Shown: positions 48,078 through 61,488, numbered from the stretch's first letter. The stretch: 64,000 bases of DNA from Malacoraja senta (GCA_038087875.1 CM075991.1:13394001-13458000), one strand, 5' to 3'. Program-made: numbers and translations. The notes: generated from the sequence alone by a model not told the origin.

Positions 48078-49867
48078 AGGGCTCAGTAACCTGACCAATT
48101 GAAATAAAGTTGCAAGATATTAGCAGCATGAGAGGAAAGGCGATAAATAAGGCATTCACTGTGACATATTTCAACTCTCTTTCTTATATTAACACATGAT
48201 TAATCCATAATGTTTCTCAAACCGAAACACACAACACATCTCAACAACTCAATCTTGGTCAATACGGTAACGAACCCTAATCCAAATGAAAACCATCACA
48301 GCTTCCATCAACAAACACAGTTTACAATTTTTGATGATACCTAAACCAAAATATTATGACATCCTGTGGGAATGTTGCAAATTAAATCGAGTGATACACC
48401 TGCCCCAAAAACATTAACAATTCCATTCAAATCACATAGTTCCATTTCAGGAGCCGGCCATCCGTTGTTGTCCAAGATGAATCAATTGGAGATACTGCCG
48501 ATAGTTCTGGGCAGTTCTCCAATAGATGCAGATGCACAAGAATCTGTCGGGCTTTTCATGGCTCATTGACGTTCACAGAATCAGTCATACAGCACGGAAA
48601 CAGGCTCTTCGGCCCAACTCGTCCATGCTGACCAAGATGCCCTATCTAAACTAATTTAATTTGCCAGCATTAGGTCCATATCTCTCTAAATCTTTCCTAT
48701 CCATGTACCTGTCCAAGTGTATTTTATATGTAGTGTTGTACCTCACTACCTCCTCATTCTATACATCCACTACCCTCCGTGTGAAAAAGTTGCCCCACAG
48801 GTTCCTATTAAATCTTTCCCCTCTCATCATAAACCTACGTCCTCACATATGTTTTAACCCCCACCACCATAAAGACGCACCGGGACAATACTCCACTGTA
48901 ATAACAATCTCCAATTCAGAGGTCCCAGAATTAACCAAGAGTGGATCAAGGACAAACTATATTCAACATCTGTCGTATTAGGTTTTCATCAGGTTGAAAT
49001 TCACTGGTCGCCGACAGGTGACATCACAGCTTCACCGGGAATCTGCTTCAATAACTCCACTGACTCAAACAGTGAGAGAGATATGGAAATATCTCCAATG
49101 AAAGCCAGGGTACTGTCTGATTCACCTGCGGACATTGGACTTTGTCTGTGGAACTGATGCGCTACAATGCTGAGAACTATATTCTGTATCTCCCCCTTTG
49201 CTCCACCTGTTGGACCTGAGTTTTAACCGAATTCTCTGTATGGTACATCTGATCTGTTTGGATAAAGCCTCGGTACGTAAAACCGAATAACAGCTTCACG
49301 CAATCTACTGCTTCCCGGTCGCCCTTCGGCCCAAATGTCAGCCTGTGCCTCCTGAACTGGGACTTCAATGGAATTGTTGATGTCATTTTGTATCGAATGA
49401 GACACGCCAATTGATTTCACAGGATGTTTAGGTTTTTTATAAAACATTTTTAAATATCACGTTTCCAAATTGAAAATGTAACGGCGTACTTGACGTAAGC
49501 GGTCGGGGCGTCATTCTCCTCCAGAGATGCTGCTGCAAGTGCAACGCGCACGTTAGTAAAAGCGACGATTTACCTCCATATAACACCTCGCTTTACCAAT
49601 GCCGCTTCAACAAATCACAGCGGGGTTTCTTTACAAAAATACATTTTCCTGCAGAAATTCTCGCCAAAGGAAATGAAACATCAAGTTGTAAATGTACAAT
49701 TTACCAACAGTCGCCCCAGCCCGGCGCTGTCAGTGATCGGAAACAAACCACAGGGACATACAAATGTGTAGGAAGAAACCGCAGATGCTGGTTTAAATCA
49801 AAGATAGACACAAAATGCTGGAGTAACTCAGCGGGACAGGCAGCATCTCTGGAGAGAAGGAATGGGT

Positions 49868-49897
49868 GACGTTTCGGGTCGAGACCCTTCTTCAGAC
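49868..49897 (-). ncRNA. Minimal hammerhead ribozyme motif (Penelope type) in a short dispersed repeat
   Basis: Minus strand GU-CUGAAGA-A-GGGUC-UC-GACCC-GAAAC-GUC-AC: both core boxes, stem II, palindromic ACGU stem III, GUC cleavage triplet. Confidence 0.7.
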
Positions 49898-50212
49898 AGG
49901 TAGATACACTCGAGTTATTCGCTGTCCAACAAAGGCTGGAGCGGGGATCGAGGCTTCTGCGTCTGCATGATAACCAGGCGCTGCATCAACCCGCCTGCCA
50001 ACTCACTCGGGGGGAGGGGAGGGGAGGGGGGGGGGCATCTATCTCTCTGTGGCATCGGCTACGTTCACAATCCACCAGGTGCTGCAAAAGTTCACGCTCG
50101 CAAAGGTACCGAAGGCAAACGGTCTTAAAAAAAAATGCGTCCAGCGTCCTGTAATTGTCCTGAATAAACGTCCGCACAGGTTGAGAAATAACGCACGTAA
50201 TGGCAACCTCAC

Positions 50213-50700
50213 CTGGAGATGGTTAAATCATCGCCCGTCTCACAGTCTCCCCTTCAGCGGCGGCTGCGGCATCGCCGGGCAGTGTGTGTGTGTTGTGGGG
50301 GCGGCGGGCGGGGCCGGGCAGTGTGTGTGTGTGTGTGTGTGTGTCGGGCGGGGCCGGGCAGTGTGTGTGTGTGTGTGTGTGTGTCGGGCGGGGCCGGGCA
50401 GTGTGTGTGTGTGTCGGGCGGGGCCGCTGCAGCTTCAGCTCCACCGACAACACAAAGGCTCCGGGATCCGAGTGTTTACATCAGACGCCCGGCGTTGCCG
50501 CCGCCCCGGGACCGGCGCTCCCTCTGCTGGCGGCGCGGGGAATCACTGCGGGACAGAGGGTGGATCAGGGCACCGGCTTCCAGGGCGACGCCTACACTGC
50601 CTCGCCTCGCCTCCCCTCCTCCCCGCCTCGCCTCGCCTCCTCCCCGCCTCGGCTCGCCTCGCCTCGCCTCCTCTTCTCTCCCTCCCCCCTTCCTCACCCT
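50213..50700 (-). promoter_or_regulatory. CpG island, probable ADD2 promoter and non-coding first exon
   Basis: Local CpG-rich stretch, repeated GGGCGGGG GC boxes, minus-strand donor CAG|GTGAGG at 50213/50212; lies between ADD2 coding exons and FIGLA. Start site not determined. Confidence 0.6.
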
Positions 50701-51025
50701 CCACCTCCCTCCCCCATCCCCCCTCCCCCTCCACCCCCTCTCTCCCTCCCCCTCCACCCGCTCTCTCCCTCCCCCTCCACCCCTCCTCTCCCTCCCCCTC
50801 CACCCCCTCTCTCCCTCCTCCTCCCCCTCCTCCTCCTCCACCCCTCCCTCTCCCTCCCCCCCTCCCCCCTTCCCCCCCCTCCACCCTCCACCTCCCTCCC
50901 TCCCTCCCCCTTCCTGACCCTCCACCCCACCCCACCCCACCCCTCCTCCTCCCCTCCTCCTCCTCCACCCCTCCCTCTCCCTCCCCCCCTCCACCCCCCC
51001 TCCCTCTCCACTCCTCTCCCCTCCC
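50597..51025. repeat. (CCTCG)n followed by a C/T-rich polypyrimidine tract
   Basis: Direct inspection. Confidence 0.9.
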
Positions 51026-51293
51026 TGCATGTAGTGAAAACATATCAGAATTTATCAAGGGTCCCAACCTGAAACGTCACCCACCCACCCATGTTTTCTA
51101 GACGTGCTGCCTGACCCCCTGAGTTACTCCAGCACTTTGTGTCCTTGTTCAGAATGTATCCATTTGTAAATGGAGAATAGAATGGGTGGCGCAGCGGGTG
51201 GAGCTGCTGCATCACAGCACCAGAGACTCAGGTTCTACCCTGACCCCGGGTGCTGTGGAGTTTACATGCTCTTCCTGTGATTATATGTTTCCC

Positions 51294-52455
51294 TTTTTTT
51301 TAAATTATACAAATACTTTTATTCAAAAAAATAAACATAGAGTATCAACACATCAAAGACTACCTACGTTGACAGTTTACAAACAAACGATCATAAAATT
51401 AATATAACGCCAACTTTATCAACAAAACACTCGACCTCCCGCAGCGACCAGCGTTCACGGACGGCCTCCAAAGTCCCCGTGGACACCGCGTGTGTTCCCT
51501 CTCCCGGGACACGTGGGCATGGACGTAAGCCCGGAAAAGGGGCAGTCAGTCAACCCCGGTGCCCCCCCCCCCCCCGACCTTCTCCCCTCTGTACCAGGAG
51601 CGTGGGGCTAAAATGTAGCCAAACCTTGAGGAACAGCCCCTTCAGATAGTCGAACAGGGGCCGCAACCTCACATACTGCATGTACAAATGAAACACGGTC
51701 TCTTCCTCGCCGCAGACGTGACAGACGGCTGGCGAGTCCGTGAACCGGCTCAAGTACCTGTTACAGACCACAGCCATGTGCAACACTCTCCACCCCAGGT
51801 CCCCGATGTAAAGGGGGAGGATTCCCTTATAGAGAGAGACCTCCACTGAGGACCACCCCGCCATCAGGGCGTGTCCGGACAGAAGACAAGGGCGAGAAGG
51901 TGCAGAGTGTGCAGGAGCAGCCTGTACATTATGCACCTCTCCGCGTCACAGAACGGCACTCTGGGCATCTCAGAAAGGCGGCTCATTTTGTATGGGGCCA
52001 GCTCTTGGGAAGGGACCCGGGCCATAGGTCCTATGAGCAATTCCGACTGAGCGGGGGTAAGCTTGGCCGGAATCGCTCCAGGCATATGCCTCTCCTCGAT
52101 ACCCACCGTGACAGGGTGAGGACCGTCCACCCTCGCAGCCACAACATCCCCCTCTCCCTGTAGAGCAGCGCCCTGGCTGAAGGTGACCAGATTCCTGGCT
52201 TTAAATATATCTCAATAAAAGCCAGGTAACTCCCGCCTAGCATGACGACTGATGCCCGCTACTGGGAGCTGTGTGCCCTCCTGGAGGCAGCGACCCTGGC
52301 GGAAAAAAGTACGTCGCCAGCACATGCCATCTAGGAGGACACTCAGAATACATACACCTCCGCATGGTCCTGAGACGGAGAGCTACCACCTGGGTACGTT
52401 TCCCTTGGGTGCTCCAGTTTGTTCCAACATTTACAAAGATATGTGCGCTGGTCAT
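51294..52455 (-). mobile_element. Tx1/L1-type LINE 3' fragment nested in a tRNA-SINE
   Basis: GDLGWRVLHMAVVCN...CHVCGEEETVFHL C-terminal zinc-knuckle region; minus-strand AATAAA and A-tail at 51294-51323; SINE head at 51184-51290. Confidence 0.75.
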
Positions 52456-53674
52456 TTAATTGGTCACTTTAACTCATCCCAAGTATATAAGTGAGGGGTA
52501 GAGTGGGATGAGGGTTGGTGATGCCACTGAGACTAAAACGTTGGACTAATGTTAAATTAGTGTAAATGGGTAGCTGGCATAGGGACTGCTTCGGTGGTAC
52601 ATCTCTCTATAAATGTGTACAATCCCAGCATGTAATTTGGAGGTAAAACTTTGAAACAAATATCGGCAGCATTTTATATTTATTACAATATAAAGGTGAC
52701 TTAATGTTACTGTGAAAAGTAGAAACCACAAAAAATATATAAAACCCCAAACTGCAAGAATAAACTATGGCAAAATGTTATGTGTCAGAAAGAACTGCAG
52801 GTGCTGGTTTAAATTGAAAGTAGACATAAAATGCTGGAGTAACTCAGCGGGACGGGCAGCATCTCTGGAGAGAAGGAATGGGTGACGTTACGGTCGAGAC
52901 CCTTCTTCACTACGGCAACTATATTTCCTGACAGTACAAAACATTCAAACTGCACAGATTAAAGTGGAACTCACAGACACTGGAATCTTGAGCAAAGCAC
53001 AAAGTGCTGGAGGAGATTGGTAGGTTCAGGCTGCAATGGTTGCTCCATGAAAGTTGTAAATAGTAGGTTCTTTACATTTACAAGGTATCATCTCAGCATC
53101 GATGTAACTCATTTGAAGGTGTAGCAGTTTTGTATCCAGAAGGCAGGAATTGGCCTTCATGAAACAAGGCGTCAGCCACACAATGTAACTGAAATAGTTG
53201 CAAACTTCATTTCTCTTTATTGGAAGTAGTGAACTTGATCTTTGGCACCAGTGAAAGTTTAGAATACCATTGCTTAATGTACAGAGGCACAGTGCAGAAA
53301 AAGGTGGCAAGTAGAGGTTTATACTTTATAAAATTTGCAAGACTCTGCTTTAAAAGTGAATGTGAAAGACAGGAATTATTTCAGTGTCAGTATATAATTT
53401 GAAGTCACTTTTTCTAAATTATTCATTAAAAGACATTTTTCTTAAAGATTAAATGTCAGTTTTCTTCTTCCCTAGGGAGAGGATTGCAGACTTCCAGCCC
53501 GTTCTGTGGGCCGAGACAGCCGGTCTGTCTGGAGATGCAGGTGTCTGCCAGACAGGTGGGTGAAGGTTTAGGTTAGTTTAGTATGGTCACGTGTAGCGAG
53601 GTACAGTGAAAAGCTTTTGTATTGCGTTTAGTTTTCTTTGATCGAATGGGAATATTTACAACATCTTCCATATT

Positions 53675-53903
53675 TAATAATAATAATAATAATATTTGTA
53701 TTTATATAGCACTTTTCAATCAAATCACTTGAAACCAAAGTGCTTTACAGAGAATTATCCATCCAATCAACATTCACACGCAGGCAAAGGTGGGTGAAGT
53801 GTCTTGCCCAAGGACACAACGACAGTATGCACTCCAAGCGGGATTCGAACCGGCTACCTTCCGGTTGCCAGCCGAACACTTAGCCCATTGCGCCATCTGT
53901 CGC
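53675..53903 (-). mobile_element. Distinct tRNA-derived SINE with CORE-like segment and L2-type tail
   Basis: A box TGGCGCAATGG, B box GGTTCGAATCCC, TGTGTCCTTGGGCAAGACACTT, tail AAAAGTGCTATATAAATACAAAT(ATT)n. Confidence 0.7.
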
Positions 53904-54649
53904 AATATGAAGATCATTGAAACAATACATTAGAAAGAAACATAATCCAACTAAATTACATTTTGCCGGCAGTCCCAACAATGACGGTTGATGTTCTTGG
54001 TACACACGTCTATATCAGGTGGACCTCAGTGGGTCATCATCTCGCTGCCAACCTATTCATTTTTTCCATTCTCCACACAGAAGCTCCAAAGAGCCCTGCA
54101 AATCCTCCACTTAAATTATTTATCCGCATCTCCTAAATGTTGCCATTGAGTGCGTATCGATGAGGATACAGCTCTGTACAAGTTTCCTCCACTATCTCCC
54201 ACAGGACGAGGTGCTTTTTCCTGACGAGAGATGCAAGTAGCTGCAGTCAGGGTTAGGATCAGGGGTCAACAGATCTGAAGTGATTCAGGTTAAAAGTGGC
54301 AACTTCCACTATACATTTATGGACCATCCATTTGTCGTTTACTCATTTTTAAACTTCTGTTAAACCTCTTAAATCTCCAAAGAATCCTTCAATATTCCTC
54401 AGTGACAAATTATTGATCAAGGTTGTGACTGAATGCAACCTTGTTTTTACCCCATGTCTGCTCTTCCTTTGTCCCCTCCCCCCCTCTGTTCCACAGCCCC
54501 CACCACTACTAAACTCAGTAACGGGAACAAAACTTAAGCCACTAGTTTGTTATTTTCTGATAGGTCATACTTTGAATCTAAAGATCTGATGCAAAGATGA
54601 CAAAACCAAAATTATTTGATTAAACACAATTTAAACAAATCATCCATGT

Positions 54650-54771
54650 ACTACAAAATGAATGAATTATTTATTTTAATGTTGCACAACTAACATTTAC
54701 AGTTCAGTCACTTGCAATTTTATACATTTAATCCAGATGTTTTCCACCATTGATATCAGTTGTTTTAGGAT
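54650..54771 (-). other. Candidate terminal exon of FIGLA with AATAAA (54670-54675)
   Basis: attttgttacag acceptor followed about 100 nt later by a minus-strand AATAAA. Confidence 0.3.
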
Positions 54772-55615
54772 CTGTAACAAAATTAAGATTAGAAACGTTA
54801 GATAAAGGATGGTACGTTGTAAACCACTAGGGGGCATCATTCTCTGACAAAGGCTACTGTCATGGGTTTTTTAACTTAGATTTCTCAAGTCCAAAGCATA
54901 AATAATAGACAATATGATAGAAACTTAACTCAAGTTGCTTGTGATCTCCGGATGCGCCGTAGAAAACATTTTATCAGGATGCATCACAGCCTGAGTTGGG
55001 AACAGCTCCATCCAAGACCGCAAGAAATTGCAGAAATAACCCAGACCATCACACAAACCAACCTCCCTTCCATTGACTCCATCTGCACCTCACGCTGCCT
55101 CGGCAAGGCCACCAACATACTCAAGGACAAGTCTCACCCCAATCACTCCCTCTTCTCCCCTCTCCCATCAGGCAAGAGGTACAGAAGTGTGAAATCACAC
55201 ACCTCCAGATTCAGGGACAGCTTCTTCCCAGCTGTTATCAGGCAACTGAACCATTCTATCACCAGCTAGAGCATGGACCTGACCAATCTGCTTCATCGGA
55301 GACCTTTAAACTAACTTTAATCAGACTTTATCTTGCACTAGATGGGTCAGGCAGCATCTCTTGAAACCATGGATAAGGCAATGTTTCAGGATAGGATAGA
55401 CACAAAATGCTGGAGTAACTCAGCGGGACAGGCAGCAACTCTGGAGAGAAGGAACGGGTGACATTTTTGGTCGGGACCCTTCTTCAGACCTTGACCCAAA
55501 ATGTCATCCATTCCTTTCCTCCGGAGATGCTGCCTGCCCCACTAAGTTACTCCAGCATTTTGTGTCTATCTCCAGTGTAAACCAGCATCTGTAGTTCCCG
55601 TCCACATGTTTCAGG

Positions 55616-58141
55616 CTAGGACCTGAGGGAATGCTCTGTGTTCTGTTTCACAGAGACATGGCTCACCCCCAGCTCCCCAGACTCAGCGGTCCAGCCTGAA
55701 GGGTTCTCCATCCACCGTATGGACCGTACACTGGCATCTGGGAAAGGGAGAGGAGGGGGCGTCTGCCTCATGGTCAACTCTGCGTGGTGCTCAGACGTGG
55801 CAGTCCTGTCCAACTCCTGCTCTCCACACCTCGAACACCTAGCTGTGAAGTGCCGTCCCTTCTACCTCCCAAGGGAATTCACCTCCATCATCATGACCGC
55901 AGTCTACATCCCACCCCAGGCAGACGTCCGTCTGGCACTGGGGGAGCTGCACGCCGTGGTCAACAAACATCAGGCGTCTTACCCCGAGGCGTTCACCACC
56001 ATAGCCGGGGACTTCAATAAGGCAAACCTAAAGAAATCACTCCCTAACTTCCACCAACATGTCTCCTGCTGCACCAGAGGACCAAACACCCTCGACCACT
56101 GCTACACGACCATCATGAATGCCTATCGTTCTATCCCTCGCCCTCACTTCGGTAAATCCGACCATACCACGGTGCTGCTTCTTCCTGCCTACAGGCAGCA
56201 ATTAAAGAGCGCACCCCCAGAGGTGAGGACAGTACAGAGCTGGTCGGGGGGGGGGGGGGGGGGGGGGGCCAGAGGAACAACTCCAGGACTGTTTGGAGTC
56301 TGTAGACTGGGCAATGTTCAAGGACTCGGCAACGGACCTGAATGAATACGCCACAGTCGTTACAGACTTCATTAAGAAGTGTGTGGAGGACTGCATCCCC
56401 ACCAAAACCTTCCGAGCATTTCCCAATCAGAATCCTTGGATGAACTTTGAGATCCGCACTCTTCTGAAGTCCAGACACCGGGCATTCATGTCTGATGATA
56501 CAGTGGCCTACAAGAAGTCCAGATACGACCTTTGTAAGGCCATCAAAAAGGCCATAAGGGACTTCTGCTCCAAACTGGAGGAAGAGACAGATGTTCGGCG
56601 GCTGTGGCAGGGCCTGAATGCAATCACCTCTTACAAGGCAAAATCAGGAGGCAGCTCGAATGTCGGCGAAACATCACTCCCTGATGAGCTCAATGCGTTT
56701 TACGCACGCTTTGATAGGGAGAACACCGATGTGCCTTGCCGAGCCCCCATTCGCTGTGATGGTATTTCAGTCACAGTCACAGAGGCCGACGTCAGGAAAT
56801 CCTTCAGAGGGGTGAACCCTCGAAAAGCACCTGGACCTGATGGTATACCTGGTCGTGTTCTAAAAACCTGTGCGGACCAACTGGCTGGAGTTTTTACGGA
56901 CATTTTCAACCTCTCACTTCTGAGGTCTGAGGTTCCCACCTGCTTCAAAAGGGCATCAATTATACCAGTGCCCAAGAAGAGTAAGGTGACGTGCCTCAAT
57001 GACTATCGACCTGTGGCACTAACGCCTGTGGTGATGAAGTGCTTTGAGAGGTTGATCATGACGCAAATCAACTCCTACCTCGACAAAAACCTGGACCCAC
57101 TGCAGTTCGCTCACACTTTCTCACTCTCAGACCACAGTCTGTTCGTATTGGTGGAAATGTGTCAGACTCGATAACAATTAGCACGGGAGCACCTCAAGGC
57201 TGCGTGCTCAGCCCCCTGCTGTACTCACTCTATACTCATGACTGCTTAGCCGGACATAGTGCGAACTCCATCATCAAGTTCGCTGACGACACCACTGTTG
57301 TGGGACGTATCACTAATGGGGATGAGTCAGAGTATAGAAGAGAGATCGAGCAACTGTCCATATGGTGCCAGCACAATAACCTGGCCCTCAACACCAGCAA
57401 AACCAAGGAACTGATTGTGGACTTTGGAAGGAGTAGGATGGGGACCCACAGTCCCGTTTATATCAATGGGTCGATGGTTGAAAGGGTCAAGAGCTTCAAA
57501 TTCCTGGGCATGCACATCTCTGAAGATCTTTCCTGGTCCGAGAACACTGATGCCATTATTAAGAAAGCACATCAGTGCCTCTACTTCCTGAGAAGATTAC
57601 GGAGAGTCGGTTTGTCAAGGAGGACTCTCTCTAACTTCTACAGGTGCACAGTAGAGAGCATGCTGACCGGTTGCATCGTGGCTTGGTTCGGCAACTTGAG
57701 CGCCCTGGAGAGGAAAAGACTACAAAAAGTAGTAAACACTGCCCAGTCCATCATCGGCTCTGACCTCCCTTCAATCGAGGGGATCCATCACAGTCGCTGC
57801 CTCAAAAAGGCTGGCAGTATCATCAAGGACCCACACCATCCTGGCCACACACTCATCTCCCTACTACCTTCAGGTAGAAGGTACAGGAGCCTGAAGACTG
57901 CAACGACCAGGTTCAGGAATAGCTACTTCCCCACAGCCATCAGGCTATTAAACCTGGCTCGGACATAACACTGAACTTTATTAGCCAATACTGTTATTTG
58001 CACTTTATCAGTATATTGATTCATGTGTGTATATATTTATAGAATGCCTTGTAGTCAATGCCTACTATGTTCTGTTGTGCTGAAGCAAAGCAAGAATTTC
58101 ATTGTCCTATCAGAGACACATGACAATAAACTCACTTGACT
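55616..58141 (+). mobile_element. Rex1/Babar-clade LINE, 5'-truncated ORF (endonuclease plus RT), disrupted
   Basis: FTETWL, CRPFYLPREFT, AGDFN, GKSDH; NDYRPVALTPVVMKCFERL, GAPQGCVLSPLLYSLYTHDC, IIKFADD; frameshift in the G-run near 56246-56268; internal deletion near 57110; clade assigned from memory of motifs. Confidence 0.88.
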
Positions 58142-58963
58142 ATATCTGCCTCAACCACATTCCAGGCACTCGCCACCCTGGGCTCTTAAATACCACTATT
58201 ATATCTGCCTCAACCACATTCCAGGAACTCGCCACCCTGGGTAACAAAGGTTAGCATTAGGCACATCTTCTTTAAACTTCTTTAAACCCTCTCACCATAA
58301 AGCTAAGCACTCAGTATTTGAGTTTTTTCCATCCTGGGAAAGCTCTGACTATCTACCCTCTCATAATTTTAGATACTTGTATCGGGTCTCCCCGTAATCT
58401 CTGGGGGGTGTTCCAGAGAAAACAATCTAAATCTGTCCAATCTCTCCCTGTAGCCAATTCCACTTAATCGTGGCAACATTCTGGTAAACTTCCTATGCAT
58501 ACTTTCCAAAGCCTCCACATCCTTCCTGTAATGGAGTTGTTTTTATTGAAGGCAACAGGACAGCTGGAATTTCATTGTTTTGGTACATATGACGATTAAA
58601 CACTCTTGACATCTGAATGCATTGTTTCCAATTATTATTCCAGTAGTCCTGCCTTGAATCGAGTAAATAAACATAGCTGTAGATTTGGATACAATCAGAT
58701 ATAAATCACTTTTTTGTATCATCTTTACCAGATACGAAAATGGATATTTAAGCAACTCCGGTGGATTTGATACTAAGAAGTCAGGTGCTCATCATTAAGG
58801 GACTATTCCAAGGTTCGACCTCAACCCAATATTCTAAAGCTTAAAGGTAGACAAAAAAGTTGGAAAGATATATAATATGGAAAGATATATAATATAGCTG
58901 GTAGACAAAAATGCTGGAGAAACTCAGTGGGTGAGGCAACATCTATGGAGCAAAGGAATAGGT

Positions 58964-58993
58964 GACGTTTCGGGTCAAGACCCTTCTTCAGAC
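58964..58993 (-). ncRNA. Minimal hammerhead ribozyme motif
   Basis: GUCUGAAGAAGGGUCUUGACCCGAAACGUC. Confidence 0.65.
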
Positions 58994-59078
58994 TGAAGCT
59001 TAATGTCATTCTAAAGCCTAATGTCACCAAAGTTCTTTTCAATGCTCCAATGATGTGTGGGGCTGGGGAGCTGCTCAC

Positions 59079-59144
59079 CTTGTGCTAGTCCAGACTTAAT
59101 CTGATTGCTACATTAGAACCAGAGCCTTCATTTGCTTGGAATAT
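59079..59144 (-). CDS. FIGLA: FIGLA putative exon 4 (stop TAG 59085-59087 if entered in phase 0)
   Basis: atttcatttcag|IFQANEGSGSNVAIRLSLD*...AAG|gtgagc; strong splice sites. Confidence 0.45.
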
Positions 59145-60233
59145 CTGAAATGAAATTAGAACATGAAATTACCATGTACAATGTTGCCCCAGGTACTACA
59201 ATGAACATAAGTCATTCAACCCAAGTGGTCTATGCTGGTTCTCATCCTCCCACACAAACTACATTAAACACTTAATACACAGAACTGTAGTTTAGAGAAA
59301 CATAGTCCCACCTTTCCACAATGCTATTTAAACAAATCAAATGAATCAACTATTCCATGTGGTCTGCATTCTAACCACATATAGGATTTGATTGCAAGAT
59401 ACAACATGGAAACAGGCCCTTCAGCACAACATATCCCTGCCGATCATTGATCACCTGTTCACACTATTTCTATGTTATTTCACTTTCTCATCCACTCCTT
59501 ACACACTATGGGCAATTTACAGAGGCTAATAATCCCACAAACAAATATGTAATTTGGATGTGGGAGGAAACTCTCTTGGTCACAGGGAGGACGTGCAAAC
59601 ACCACTCAGACAGCACCAGAGGTCAGGATTGAACAGCTTCAGGCAGCAACTTCACCTCTTCTGGGTGAAGAGGTTTTCTTGTTGAATTAAGGGATAGCAT
59701 TTGTAAAGCAGTGGGGAAAAGGCTGAAGAGCCAGCATGAACATAACAAGTTGTCTGACCTCCCTCTGTGTTAATTAAAAACAAATGATGCTGGGCAAATA
59801 GGAAAGAGTTTGTGAATGGTACTAATTCTGCAAAGAGCTAGCATGGATTCAAAGGACTGAATGGTCCCCTGTGCTGTAATGATTCCACTTTATGAAGACT
59901 ATTGAGTTTTTCTCCAATCTCAGAAATTATGTCCTTTTCCCAATCAACAAATCCATCAATTAATACCTTCAAAAAGTTACTATTACACATAAATTTAAAC
60001 CAGGAACAAACCAACAGTGCTACAAATATCAAATAATTTTAAACACATGGATTTGAAGTTACCAATATTATAAATTCATGGGCACTCTTCCTTTTTATTA
60101 TTTTTCTCTTATCCCACTTGATCAATTGAATGTACACTGTACATGCATGTCCAAAATACACATCATTTTAAATATAGGCATTGCTGTGGTTTGCAAAATA
60201 GGAAAAAAATAGATGTAGTATTAAATACGTCAC

Positions 60234-60461
60234 CAAGCTGTCATCATGTAGTTGGACAATTCCAAGAAAGGGCATGACACCATTATCCCAAACATCGTGT
60301 GCATCTTCATAAGCCAAGGTCTGGAGGTGACTTCCCACCTGGTCCTCTTGTTGGTGGGGCAGATGCATAGCAAGGTTGCTTCCTGATGGTACATTGTTCA
60401 CCAACAACTGTGACTCCCCCAAGTTAGGAAGTAGTGAATTATTGTTATTGTCTGCAATCTG
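60234..60461 (-). CDS. FIGLA: FIGLA putative exon 3
   Basis: ttttgggacag|CAG NAGNAG acceptor, phase 0, open frame (Q)IADNNNNSLLPNLGESQLL...QLHDDSL in AT-rich DNA; donor position uncertain. Confidence 0.6.
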
Positions 60462-61488
60462 CTGTCCCAAAAGCAACAGATATTAGGTCACAATATTGTC
60501 AAAGCCAAATCAACTATAGTCATAGAATCAAGCAGCATAGAAACAGACACTTTAATGCAACTTGACTACTAAGATTCCCTATTTAAGCTTGTCCCATTTG
60601 CTTACATTTGGCCCTTACCCCTCCAAACATTTCCAAAAGGAATAGGGAAATACAAAGAATTAGAACAGACAACTTGGAAGAAAAAAAACTTTTAATAATG
60701 AAGATGTAACTTTAATACTTGTTGGAAGTTGTATAAACACCAAGTCATTCAACTTCATATACAAGTTCTTTATTATCAGAACACATAGAGCAAGTATACA
60801 TGACTGTTGTAGGTTTGATCTCCTGGATGATGTAAGGTGTTCTTTATTTCTCCACATCACTGTCTATATCTCTCATTTCCCTTATCCCTAACCAGTCTGA
60901 AGAAGGGCTCGACCTGAAACGTCACCCATTCCTTCTCTCCAGAGATGCTGCCTGCCTTGCTGAGTTACTCCAGCTTCTTGTGTCTGTCTTTGGTTTAATG
61001 CAGCATCTGCAATTCATTCTTACCCAAAATATCTACATTGGTAGATCTAGACTGATAAATAATGTTGTCATCTCATATATTCCTTTTATTTACCCATGGA
61101 AGACATTGCTGGCCATTTCTTGTTTCTTGGGAACTTTTCAAGAAACACAGTACATCTTTATTTTGTGAATAAACAGTTTGAAGCAGACCACAAATGCTAC
61201 AGTGAACTTCACTTCTCATAACCATAGTTCAAAGTCATCATTGGTTGTGCAAAGGCCTTTCTGGGATTTGGACAGATATTCCCATCCATTAAAATATTTT
61301 AACAACTTACAAGCTCAAGGTCTATGCATCTTTCTCCATATAGGAAATGTTTAGGGGGTTTGAATTATATGGGCCAAATGCAGGCAGCTGGGACCAGCGT
61401 AGATGGGGCATTTCTATCAGCATGGGCGTTGTACAACTATTCAATTCCATAAGTGAAGAAAAGTACAAATAAAGCCAATAATCCTTAC

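Noticed and set aside
50049..51101. 350-aa Pro-rich ORF
   Set aside because: GC-rich promoter and low-complexity DNA lacking stops; no recognisable domain.
58139..58241. About 44-bp direct repeat at the Rex1 3' end as a possible TSD
   Set aside because: Both copies are on the same side of the element, so it is a local duplication; similar small duplications occur at 861-960 and 15167-15262.
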